Assembly: GCA_964559865.1 (NCBI GenBank)
Contig: CAZLJD010000041.1
Location: 10,343 to 74,342 of the forward strand
DNA length: 64,000 nucleotides
Reading direction: 5' to 3'
Source of the DNA: an uncultured Synergistota bacterium
GTDB lineage: Bacteria > Synergistota > JAGHAJ01
In this document: positions 20,775 to 28,891 of the stretch, one piece after another
Layout: every line of letters begins with the position of its first letter
How positions within the stretch are numbered: position 1 is the first letter of the stretch
Program-made: the position numbers and the translations under genes
Notes under the pieces: generated by a model
What the model was told of the DNA's origin: nothing
Seen by the model: only the letters and a program-made list of their open reading frames with translations
Database searches by the model: none

Positions 20775-21522
20775 TCTAACCATAGATGTAAGTCTCTTGC
20801 CCAACAGAATATCAAATTCAGACATAGCTATAGGAGTAGATGTGCTTAGAGCAAGTTCGAGCATAGTAACTGCATTGGCTAACGGTGCGGAATGTGTAAT
20901 AATCACTTCATCTGTAAAGAAGGCAAAAAAACTCAAAAAAAGCATACCAAATTCCATACTCGCAGGCGAAAGAAACACAGTAAAGATAAAAGGATTCGAT
21001 GTAGGAAACTCACCATCAGAGATGTCTAAATGCAACTTAAGAGACAAAACTGTAATACTCACAACTACTAATGGAACAAAACTTCTAAAAAAGTTAAAAG
21101 AGCACTCAAAAGTAGTCCTCACAGCATCTGTGTTAAATCTATCCTCCATAGCAAATACAATAAGAGAAGCGCATCACTCAAAGGGGATAAAAAGCGTACT
21201 TATCGCCTGTGCTGGTGTAAAGGGAAACACATCCATAGATGACATAGCTATAGCAGGTTTACTAATAAAGGAAATAACCAAACTTACAAAAGCAAAGCTA
21301 ACAGACTCAGCAGAAATCTCAGTAAGGCTCTTCAACTCTTATAGGTCCATAAAGGAGATCTTTCTAAACTCTGAAAGTGGTAGGAGGGTCATCGCTGCAG
21401 GGTACAGCGATGACATAGACTTCTGTGCACAGATGAATCTCTATCCCCTATCACCATTACTCTTTGAAGACACATACCTGTATCTCAAAACCTTCAAGGG
21501 GTTAAGCGCTCTGCCCTTATAG
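20761..21522 (+). CDS. 2-phosphosulfolactate phosphatase (ComB) family protein
   Basis: IGVDVLRASSSIVTALANGAECVI motif. 14-nt overlap with the end of herA. Confidence 0.6.
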   Translation: MTSCDLTIDVSLLPNRISNSDIAIGVDVLRASSSIVTALANGAECVIITSSVKKAKKLKKSIPNSILAGERNTVKIKGFDVGNSPSEMSKCNLRDKTVILTTTNGTKLLKKLKEHSKVVLTASVLNLSSIANTIREAHHSKGIKSVLIACAGVKGNTSIDDIAIAGLLIKEITKLTKAKLTDSAEISVRLFNSYRSIKEIFLNSESGRRVIAAGYSDDIDFCAQMNLYPLSPLLFEDTYLYLKTFKGLSALPL

Positions 21523-22787
21523 TAAACCTCAAAGAAGAGGTGTGGTCCAGTAGACCTACCAGTACTCCCTACGCTACCTATCTTCTGCCCCCTGTAAACC
21601 CACTGCCCCTTTCTAACATATATCCTATGCAAGTGCCCATAAGTGGTTATCCACCCACCACCATGGTCTATGATGACAACTCTTCCATAACCACCCATCC
21701 AACCACTATAAACCACTTTTCCCCTATCTGCTGCAACAACAGGTCTTCCGCGATAAGTAGCAATGTCTATACCCGGATGGAACTCCCACCTATACCTCCT
21801 GAAAGGGTTTCTCCTCCATCCAAAGCCAGACGTTATCTTACCACTAGTCGGCCATATAAACTTTCCCACACCAACATGCCTTGAAAGTACAGACACCTTC
21901 TTTAAAAAACCACTCATCTTCGTCCTATAGCCCTTGCTGTGTATCCTGCTAATTATAACACCGTTAGAAAACCTCAAGCCCGGACTCACCGGTATAAGAA
22001 CAAGCTGTCCTATCTGCATGGTCCTCGGAGACTTTATGTGATTCAGAGCAAGCAGTTTGGAAAAGCTTACATGAAACCTCCTTGCTATAATCCAGGGATT
22101 ATCCCCGGGTCTAAGTCTGTAGCGAATGTACTGTACCTTCTTGGGGGTATAACCCTTGGAGGTTATCCTTATCCTCATACCGGGCCTCAAACGGTTTGGA
22201 TTAACTATATTATTCACAACCATCAGCTGTCTGACACTTACGTGGTAACGCATCGCCACATCCCAAAGCGTATCCCCCTTCTTGAGTATATACACTACAG
22301 CCTTTTGCTTAGCTATAGGCTTTTTCGTAACTCTTCCAGCCTTAGGTACATGACGAGCATTTTTCGCCCGAACATGCAAAGGTAGAACTATCACCTTTCC
22401 CGGCTTCAGACACCTGGAGTTACTCACATGGTTTACCTTTAAGAGCTGTCTTAGTGATACACCATACTTACGGGCAATATCCCATAAGGTATCACCCGGT
22501 TTCATGGTATAAGTCTTTACGCCCTTTACATTGCTCACCTTTGCTGCTTTCCTTTCCACTTTGACCTCAGTTCCCGGTATCTTTATCCTACGGCCTGGCC
22601 TAAGTATGGTAGAGCTACTTAAGCCATTTACTTTCATCAATTTCCGCAGATTGACATTAAACTTATGCGCAATCTCCCAGAGCGTATCCCCCTTTTTTAC
22701 AACATATACCCTATAACCTGCAGCAAACCCCACCCCTATTCCTGCAAGAAGCAGAAACACCACAAATACAAGCAAATACCTCCTCAA
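21441..22787 (-). CDS. Peptidoglycan hydrolase: four LysM repeats plus a C-terminal M23 metallopeptidase domain
   Basis: Repeated KKGDTLWEIA/DIA...VS...L...N LysM units, and HPGIDIA...GHLH M23 motifs. Confidence 0.9.
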   Translation of the reverse strand: MRRYLLVFVVFLLLAGIGVGFAAGYRVYVVKKGDTLWEIAHKFNVNLRKLMKVNGLSSSTILRPGRRIKIPGTEVKVERKAAKVSNVKGVKTYTMKPGDTLWDIARKYGVSLRQLLKVNHVSNSRCLKPGKVIVLPLHVRAKNARHVPKAGRVTKKPIAKQKAVVYILKKGDTLWDVAMRYHVSVRQLMVVNNIVNPNRLRPGMRIRITSKGYTPKKVQYIRYRLRPGDNPWIIARRFHVSFSKLLALNHIKSPRTMQIGQLVLIPVSPGLRFSNGVIISRIHSKGYRTKMSGFLKKVSVLSRHVGVGKFIWPTSGKITSGFGWRRNPFRRYRWEFHPGIDIATYRGRPVVAADRGKVVYSGWMGGYGRVVIIDHGGGWITTYGHLHRIYVRKGQWVYRGQKIGSVGSTGRSTGPHLFFEVYYKGRALNPLKVLRYRYVSSKSNGDRG

Positions 22788-22803
22788 ACCTCACACCTCC
22801 GGC

Positions 22804-24006
22804 TCAAGAAAGATAGTCCACAGCGAAGGCAACGAACAGAGCAGAACCCATATACAGAACATCCTCATCCACATCAAACTTAGGGTTGTGATGTGGATAA
22901 ACTATGCCCTTTTCCGGGTTTCCTATACCAAGCAGGAAAAACAGCCCCGGAACCTTCTTAAGATAGAATGAAAAGTCCTCTCCTCCCATAGAAGGTTCAG
23001 GTTCCACAACTTTATCTTTGCCGAAAAGTTCTTCTGCAACCCTACGAAACCTCTTGGCAATCTCCAGATCATTTATCGTAGGAGACAAAAATGGACTATA
23101 CTTGTATTCACACTTACCCCCCAATGCCTTAGCAGTGTTCTCGAGCACCTCACCAAGTCTCTTAGAAACGAGAGTCCTTACCTCCTCGTTAAATGTTCTT
23201 ATCGTCCCTATTACCTTTGCTTTCTCCGGTATGGCATTGAATACAGTTCCACCAGAGATAGCACCAAAGGTAACAACTGCACTCTCCAGAGGATTGACAT
23301 TACGGCTTACTATGGTCTGTGCATTTAAAACAGCAGAAGAAGCCATAACAATTGGGTCTACACACAGATGAGGATAAGCACCATGACCTGCCTTCCCAAT
23401 GAAGTCCGCTTCAAACTCATCACCTGAGGCCAATATTGGACCAGACTTAACACCTATAGTTCCAGAAGGCAACCCCATCCACACATGTATCCCCACAATG
23501 GCATCTACTGTTGGATTCTCAAGTACTCCATCCTTTATCATTGCTGCTGCCCCACTTCTATCCTCGTTCCGCTCACTTTCCCACCCAGACCCCTCTTCAC
23601 ACGGCTGAAACACAAATTTAACCGTGCCTTTTATTTTATTCTTCATACCAGAAAGTAACTTCGCAGCACCTAATAACATCGCAGTGTGCGCATCGTGACC
23701 ACATGCATGCATTACGCCATCATTAACAGACTTATAAGGGACATCATTTTCTTCCTGAATGCCAAGCGCATCCATATCAGCTCTCATTGCAAGCACCCTT
23801 CCAGGATCAGTACCTCTCAGTATGCCCACAACACCCGTTCTTCCAACCTTTTCTATGACCTCTATACCCATCTTCCTAAGCTCTTCTGCAACTATACTGG
23901 AAGTCCTCTCTTCTTTAAATCCACGTTCCGGATGCTTGTGAAAGTCTCTACGCCACTCAATTATCTGCGAAGATATAGCTTTTGCCTCTTCCACGATACT
24001 GTGCAT
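22804..24006 (-). CDS. M20D-family amidohydrolase (N-acyl-amino acid amidohydrolase / hippurate hydrolase type)
   Basis: GVMHACGHDAHTAMLLG and the overall M20 architecture. Confidence 0.85.
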   Translation of the reverse strand: MHSIVEEAKAISSQIIEWRRDFHKHPERGFKEERTSSIVAEELRKMGIEVIEKVGRTGVVGILRGTDPGRVLAMRADMDALGIQEENDVPYKSVNDGVMHACGHDAHTAMLLGAAKLLSGMKNKIKGTVKFVFQPCEEGSGWESERNEDRSGAAAMIKDGVLENPTVDAIVGIHVWMGLPSGTIGVKSGPILASGDEFEADFIGKAGHGAYPHLCVDPIVMASSAVLNAQTIVSRNVNPLESAVVTFGAISGGTVFNAIPEKAKVIGTIRTFNEEVRTLVSKRLGEVLENTAKALGGKCEYKYSPFLSPTINDLEIAKRFRRVAEELFGKDKVVEPEPSMGGEDFSFYLKKVPGLFFLLGIGNPEKGIVYPHHNPKFDVDEDVLYMGSALFVAFAVDYLS

Positions 24007-24041
24007 AATAGACCATCTCCTCTCCTTATTTAATATCCGTA

Positions 24042-24070
24042 TTGACTTATAGGCAATTTAGTGATTTAAT
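24042..24070 (+). promoter_or_regulatory. Candidate tRNA promoter (TTGACT, 17 nt, TTTAAT)
   Basis: Located 10 nt upstream of the tRNA 5' end. Confidence 0.4.
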
Positions 24071-24080
24071 ATTTACCAGT

Positions 24081-24158
24081 CGGGGCGTAGCGCAGTCTGG
24101 TTAGCGCGCCTGCTTCGGGAGCAGGAGGTCGGAGGTTCAAGTCCTCTCGCCCCGACCA
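24081..24158 (+). tRNA. tRNA-Pro (anticodon CGG), CCA encoded
   Basis: 7-bp acceptor stem CGGGGCG/CGCCCCG, anticodon loop TTCGGGA, T-arm GGTTCAAGTCC, 3' ACCA. Confidence 0.9.
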
Positions 24159-24164
24159 TTATAT

Positions 24165-24962
24165 TTACTCCAACCTTAGGTAAACCGTCCTACCCCGATA
24201 CCTCAGACTATCAATATTGTTGAAGTTGTACCGCAAATCATTTACGAAAGAAGATATATATCCCCTATAGCTAACATAAATCTTGGCATTACCAGAGCTG
24301 TAGTCTGCCACAACTACTTTCCTCACAGAGGGTATGTGTTGCAGTCTGTCTACTATCTCATTCACCTGACTAAAACTCTCTATCCCGGATACTCTCAATA
24401 TGTACTTGTGCAATCTCCTGCTAGAGCCACCTGCAGGCACAAGTCCCACAAGATATTTGCCAAGCATCGTAGCCGCTTTGAGAAGAGCCTTACTCCTTGC
24501 CTCACCTCTGGTATATCCTATAGCTTTTGACACAAAAGACTTTGCAAAGATAAAACGACCATCTTTAGTTCTGTAAGCCTTTGCAGATATGGAAGCTGTG
24601 CCTGTATACAAACCAAACTCATTTTGTCTTGCCCTGTGCATAACAGCTCTGCCCTTTAAAAAAACATCTATCCTGTAAAGACTACCCAGCTTCATTATGC
24701 CGTCTACATCGCCCTTTAGCGCAAGAATAGCAGCCTTGCTCCTGCGTATACGATTTATCTGATTTTTGTCAACCACCTTGAAACCGGCATTCATCAGTAT
24801 CTCTATAATCCTTGCTTCAGCTGAACCAATCGTGCTATTGTACCCAAAACTGTAACCCTGATATATAATCACAGCTATCCGCTGGTTTCTGGTTATGGCA
24901 AAAGCAATAGAAGAAGAAACCAGCACAAAGAGCAGACAAAACAGCAGCACCCTTCTCATCAC
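24165..24962 (-). CDS. Exported protein with a CsgG-N/TolB-N-like alpha/beta domain (uncharacterized)
   Basis: Signal peptide MMRRVLLFCLLFVLVSSSIAFA. Carries the pattern RIAVII...SAEARIIEILMNAGFKVVDKNQI...GRA, also present in the neighbouring CsgG-like and FlgT-like genes. Confidence 0.45.
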   Translation of the reverse strand: MMRRVLLFCLLFVLVSSSIAFAITRNQRIAVIIYQGYSFGYNSTIGSAEARIIEILMNAGFKVVDKNQINRIRRSKAAILALKGDVDGIMKLGSLYRIDVFLKGRAVMHRARQNEFGLYTGTASISAKAYRTKDGRFIFAKSFVSKAIGYTRGEARSKALLKAATMLGKYLVGLVPAGGSSRRLHKYILRVSGIESFSQVNEIVDRLQHIPSVRKVVVADYSSGNAKIYVSYRGYISSFVNDLRYNFNNIDSLRYRGRTVYLRLE

Positions 24963-26332
24963 AAAGCACCTACCTTCTTTAGCTTTCTATTTATGGGGAC
25001 ATAATTCGGATTTATTTCATGGCCAATCTTCCAGTACTTAATAGCACTCTTCTTGTTTCCTATTTCGTAGTAAACCTCCCCTATCCAGTAGTAAGCAAGA
25101 TAGTCGCCCTTGTACAGCTTTATTGCCTCTTTGAGTATTTTTATAGAGCGCGCATACCTCCTGTGAGAATAGTTCCACCACCACTGTTTATGTATCCTTT
25201 TGAGGTTCTCCTTTAATTCGAAAGACACAGGGAAATAATCTATCACCTTTATAGAGTCAGAAGTGTTAGCAATATCGCTCTTGGGCAAAACCTTAGGAGT
25301 AGCAGTCGAAGGAGGAGAGCTCTCACTTGGAGCAGATGGAGAAGGTTTGTTTTCCGTTCTCTTACTTTTATTAAAGAGTTTGGATATGTCACGTGCAGAC
25401 CTTGGGCTTATAGTTATCTTTTCCACATCCTTTGCAGATATTGGCACAACTTTGTCCCCTCTCTTCAATGGGCCACCCTTTATAACTTTACCAATAGAAT
25501 AGCGGGCATGCGTTTCAACGATTTTTATTACACCAAGGTAAAGCTTTTCAACTCCCAAGATCTCTCCGTTAACACCCTTTATAGGTGCCCCCTCCACATA
25601 AGCAGCAAAGTAATCACCCTTTTCAACCTCTCCCGTAGCAGAACCTACATCTATGTAAACGGTATTCATTCCTCCTCTTACAACATGGATACCCCCTGTA
25701 GCCTCCGCATTTTCCATGTAGAACTTTCTTACTATCTTCTTTATGCACTTGTACGTTGCTGCAGCAAGTATTCCCTGCACTTGACCTTGTGCATAAACAG
25801 CTCCCCTAAAGGCCACTCCACCTATAGTATGCGACGCTTCGCCAGTCTCCCTTGCCACCAGCATAATTTCACCCGTCTCTACATTTATCATTCTCACATC
25901 GAGGGTAACATACGCCTTCTTTTCTCCTATCGCTATACCACCTATACCCGGTATAGGCAACACCCCTCCGCTCTGCTTGAATGTAAACTGCGTTATACTA
26001 CCTGTGATAATCGCCTGAACACCAAGGAGCTTACCCAAGCGAACAGCAGTAGCACTATCCACTAGGCCAGAAGCTGCAAGACGATGTTCTCTTGCTATAG
26101 CTTGGATCCTCGATCTCTCGACTATAGAGTACATGTGTGTTTTGTAAAGCTCAGTAGTAAACATGTCTGTTATTGCTCTCCTCACAGCATCCGTTACAGG
26201 TGTAGGACCAGAGGCGTTGTTCTGAAAATCAACTATAGCAACACGCATCTTGGAAGAGGCAACAGCGGGAGCAATCGCAACAAACAGAAGCACAGACACT
26301 ATCATACTTACAGACATCACCTTTTTAAACAT
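24959..26332 (-). CDS. CsgG-family (curli-type secretion pore) protein with Pro/Ser linker and C-terminal TPR
   Basis: Signal peptide. KMRVAIVDFQN...IVERSRIQAI...VTLDVRMINVETGEIMLVARETGEA aligns with E. coli CsgG (VNLRVVNVSTGEIL). C-terminal YYWIGEVYYEIGNKKSAIKYW is TPR-like. Confidence 0.8.
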   Translation of the reverse strand: MFKKVMSVSMIVSVLLFVAIAPAVASSKMRVAIVDFQNNASGPTPVTDAVRRAITDMFTTELYKTHMYSIVERSRIQAIAREHRLAASGLVDSATAVRLGKLLGVQAIITGSITQFTFKQSGGVLPIPGIGGIAIGEKKAYVTLDVRMINVETGEIMLVARETGEASHTIGGVAFRGAVYAQGQVQGILAAATYKCIKKIVRKFYMENAEATGGIHVVRGGMNTVYIDVGSATGEVEKGDYFAAYVEGAPIKGVNGEILGVEKLYLGVIKIVETHARYSIGKVIKGGPLKRGDKVVPISAKDVEKITISPRSARDISKLFNKSKRTENKPSPSAPSESSPPSTATPKVLPKSDIANTSDSIKVIDYFPVSFELKENLKRIHKQWWWNYSHRRYARSIKILKEAIKLYKGDYLAYYWIGEVYYEIGNKKSAIKYWKIGHEINPNYVPINRKLKKVGAL

Positions 26333-26348
26333 GTAAACTTGCCTCCCT

Positions 26349-26792
26349 TCACTTTATCTTCACACAATACAGTATTATCTTCTTGAGCGGTATAGCAACC
26401 CTCACATAGTAATAGTCATCCTGTATCCACCCTTTTAGCAGGTGTTCCCTCACTATCTTTCCAGAAACAGTTATTGATACAGCATTAGAAGGTACTCCAT
26501 ACTTCAAATTATATAAGACAAGCAGTGCGTTCCTCCTTGCATCTACAATTGCTGCCCTTCTCGCCAAAAGCTTAGACTGACCAGACGATGATCCCCCATA
26601 CTGCGAAAGAGGTGCCCTACCAAGAACATAAAGCAACTTACTATCCCAGTCCACCTTACCCCACGAAAACTTTTGCAGAAAATCATTATCCCAGTTTAAC
26701 TGTTGGAGTTCATCAACTGTAAGGGCATATGCAACACAATTCATCCCTATCAAAACAATAGCAAATACACTTACCCAAGAAACCATCTTCAT
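26349..26792 (-). CDS. LPP20-family (FlgP-like) exported protein
   Basis: Signal peptide plus the LPP20 motif SKLLARRAAIVDARRNALLVLYN. Confidence 0.65.
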   Translation of the reverse strand: MKMVSWVSVFAIVLIGMNCVAYALTVDELQQLNWDNDFLQKFSWGKVDWDSKLLYVLGRAPLSQYGGSSSGQSKLLARRAAIVDARRNALLVLYNLKYGVPSNAVSITVSGKIVREHLLKGWIQDDYYYVRVAIPLKKIILYCVKIK

Positions 26793-26804
26793 AACTTCCT
26801 CACC

Positions 26805-27968
26805 TCATTTTCCCTTAGGCTTACACACCACCTTGCCTGCGGAAAAGCCTGTAACTTCATAACCAAGTTTTTCCAGTTTTATTGCGAGGAATTCCGCACT
26901 ACCTTTTATATTTACATCAAACTCTGCATTCCCCCCTACAAAGCTCCTCTGATAAACCGCAACCACATTCTCTATGCGAGAGACTGCATCCTTAAAACTC
27001 ATCGCCTCAGAAAATGTTACACCCTCAACCCTAACCCTTATAGTTCTACCCGGTATAGCAGAAGGACCTCCACCAGCAAGGGCATAAGCCACCTTATACA
27101 TCATGGATCTCCCTGCCTTATACCCCAACCACTTAAACACCTTCACAGCTCCATCTTCCAAGCTCATACCTCTCTGCCTCCCAGACACCGACAGACTATC
27201 AACTATCTGCGCCGTCTGAGAAACAACAGCTCTCACCTGCAACTGCCCTTTTACTCCATATACTACCTGCCCATACAACTTCTGCTTGGTATATGCAAAA
27301 GCCATTGCCCTCCCATATACCACAATATCTGCATTGTGCTTTACAGCCAACTCTTTAGCAAGTGAAAGGTCACCAGACATTGCCTTTAAAGCTGCTAATC
27401 TCTTCTCGTTTTTAGATATCTGCTCAGGGTCTACCAACTGATAACCTGCCTTCTGGAAAACTGCAAGCATGGCAGATTCAACCGTAGAGACAAACGGTTT
27501 CTCCTTTCCTATCCTCTCATCTACAAGCAGCATAACAACAGGATTCCCCAACGCGTCTATAACAACAGGGCCAAGTACATCGTTCAGCCTCTTCATGGAG
27601 ACCGTAGCCTTTACTTTCAAGTGAAGTATCCCATCAGGTGTTTTCCATTTTCTCAACACTCTGTAGCCAGTAACAAGTCCCTTGCTTTTTGCAAACACCT
27701 TGTCTCTAACAACCTCAAAGTTCTTCATCTCGGTAACACTATGTATTAAGACACCCATGCCTTTCTCTATAGCATTCCTAAAGGCATCCAGCTTCGCTTC
27801 GTCAAATGCTCTAGACACATTACCATCTACTATAGCTGCAGCTCCCTCTACGATAACAGTAACAGGAGAAGGGTTTTTGGCAAACCCTACTCCCGGTGTA
27901 CTGACCAAAAGAAAAAACACGGCAAGGAAAACAAACAGTCTACTTCTCGCTTTCATTCCCGATCTCAC
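26805..27968 (-). CDS. Three-domain exported protein: LPP20-like N-domain plus CsgG-N/TolB-N-like middle domain (FlgT-like architecture)
   Basis: Signal peptide. N-domain VIVEGAAAIVDGNVSRAFDEAKLDAFRNAIEKG. Middle domain VMLLVDERIG...AGYQLVDPEQI...ADIVVYGRA. 387 aa, similar in size to Vibrio FlgT. Confidence 0.5.
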   Translation of the reverse strand: MRSGMKARSRLFVFLAVFFLLVSTPGVGFAKNPSPVTVIVEGAAAIVDGNVSRAFDEAKLDAFRNAIEKGMGVLIHSVTEMKNFEVVRDKVFAKSKGLVTGYRVLRKWKTPDGILHLKVKATVSMKRLNDVLGPVVIDALGNPVVMLLVDERIGKEKPFVSTVESAMLAVFQKAGYQLVDPEQISKNEKRLAALKAMSGDLSLAKELAVKHNADIVVYGRAMAFAYTKQKLYGQVVYGVKGQLQVRAVVSQTAQIVDSLSVSGRQRGMSLEDGAVKVFKWLGYKAGRSMMYKVAYALAGGGPSAIPGRTIRVRVEGVTFSEAMSFKDAVSRIENVVAVYQRSFVGGNAEFDVNIKGSAEFLAIKLEKLGYEVTGFSAGKVVCKPKGK

Positions 27969-28891
27969 CTCTTCACTACTATAACCCTACATCTGCTTCT
28001 GAAATCAAACCTGTTGTGTCTTATTATCTGTGCATACTTCATTGGTATCACCATGTCGACATTGTTCGGGGATACAGTCCTTATCACTTTAACAACAAGT
28101 GGACGAGTCGCAACACGTGGGTCTCCCTTCGCATAGTTTATATTGGTCTGATAAGCCACCAATCCGCTTGCCATGAACCTTTCCCTATCAACAAAGTTAA
28201 TGGAATATACCTCTTTACCCTTCGGATCAAGCACTCTACAAAGTGTAGCAGGTATCAACGGTACACTTCTTGCATCCAATACCAATCCAGAGTAATTATA
28301 TTTTGCCTTAGGCATCTCATGAGGGCGACGAGAAGGTATTTTCTTTATCTTAGCAACCACATCCCTAATGCCTTTCAAGTATATTCTCCCTGTAACAGTG
28401 TAAATCCCTTCATTTGGATCCCACTCACTCTTCACTATTCTTACACCCTTTATCCATCCATGAACTTCACTCTTAACCCAATCTTGAGCCATAAAATTAT
28501 TCATAACCGTCCTACTGTCAATCCTTACACCCTTTATTGCTTCAAGTAGATTCCTCTGCAGATCCAATATAGCACCTCTTTTGGCAAGCAATACCCCTTG
28601 GGCTTTATTCTTTACATTGCTCGGAGGAACTGCAGAACCGGTAGCTTCTATGTAGTCCTTCGTCCAGTTTATCACCGCATTTGGACCCTTTTCTATAACA
28701 GGAGGTGCTTCCTTTGGAGGAGGTGAAGCCTCTGAAACCTGATTTGGAGGTGGCACCTGACTATTAGAATTTATCATACCCCCTCCTGTACCTCCAATCA
28801 TACCCGAGGAGCTGCCCGATGCCGCTAAACCAATAGGCAGCAAGGTAAACAAAAGCAGCCCTACCATAAGTCCTACTATTATCCTTCTCAT
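27965..28891 (-). CDS. Exported LPP20-domain protein with a Gly/Ser/Pro-rich N-terminal linker
   Basis: Signal peptide, low-complexity SGSSSGMIGGTGGGM...PPPKEAPP, then the LPP20 motif KAQGVLLAKRGAILDLQRNLLEAIKG. RBS AAAGGAGGGG. Confidence 0.55.
   Translation of the reverse strand: MRRIIVGLMVGLLLFTLLPIGLAASGSSSGMIGGTGGGMINSNSQVPPPNQVSEASPPPKEAPPVIEKGPNAVINWTKDYIEATGSAVPPSNVKNKAQGVLLAKRGAILDLQRNLLEAIKGVRIDSRTVMNNFMAQDWVKSEVHGWIKGVRIVKSEWDPNEGIYTVTGRIYLKGIRDVVAKIKKIPSRRPHEMPKAKYNYSGLVLDARSVPLIPATLCRVLDPKGKEVYSINFVDRERFMASGLVAYQTNINYAKGDPRVATRPLVVKVIRTVSPNNVDMVIPMKYAQIIRHNRFDFRSRCRVIVVKR

Noticed and set aside
25019-27365. Plus-strand ORFs (25508..26065, 26703..27365 and others) inside the CsgG/LPP20 cluster
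   Set aside because: Antisense to genes with signal peptides and recognisable CsgG/LPP20 motifs. The translations are His/Tyr/Cys/Arg-rich, low-complexity junk.
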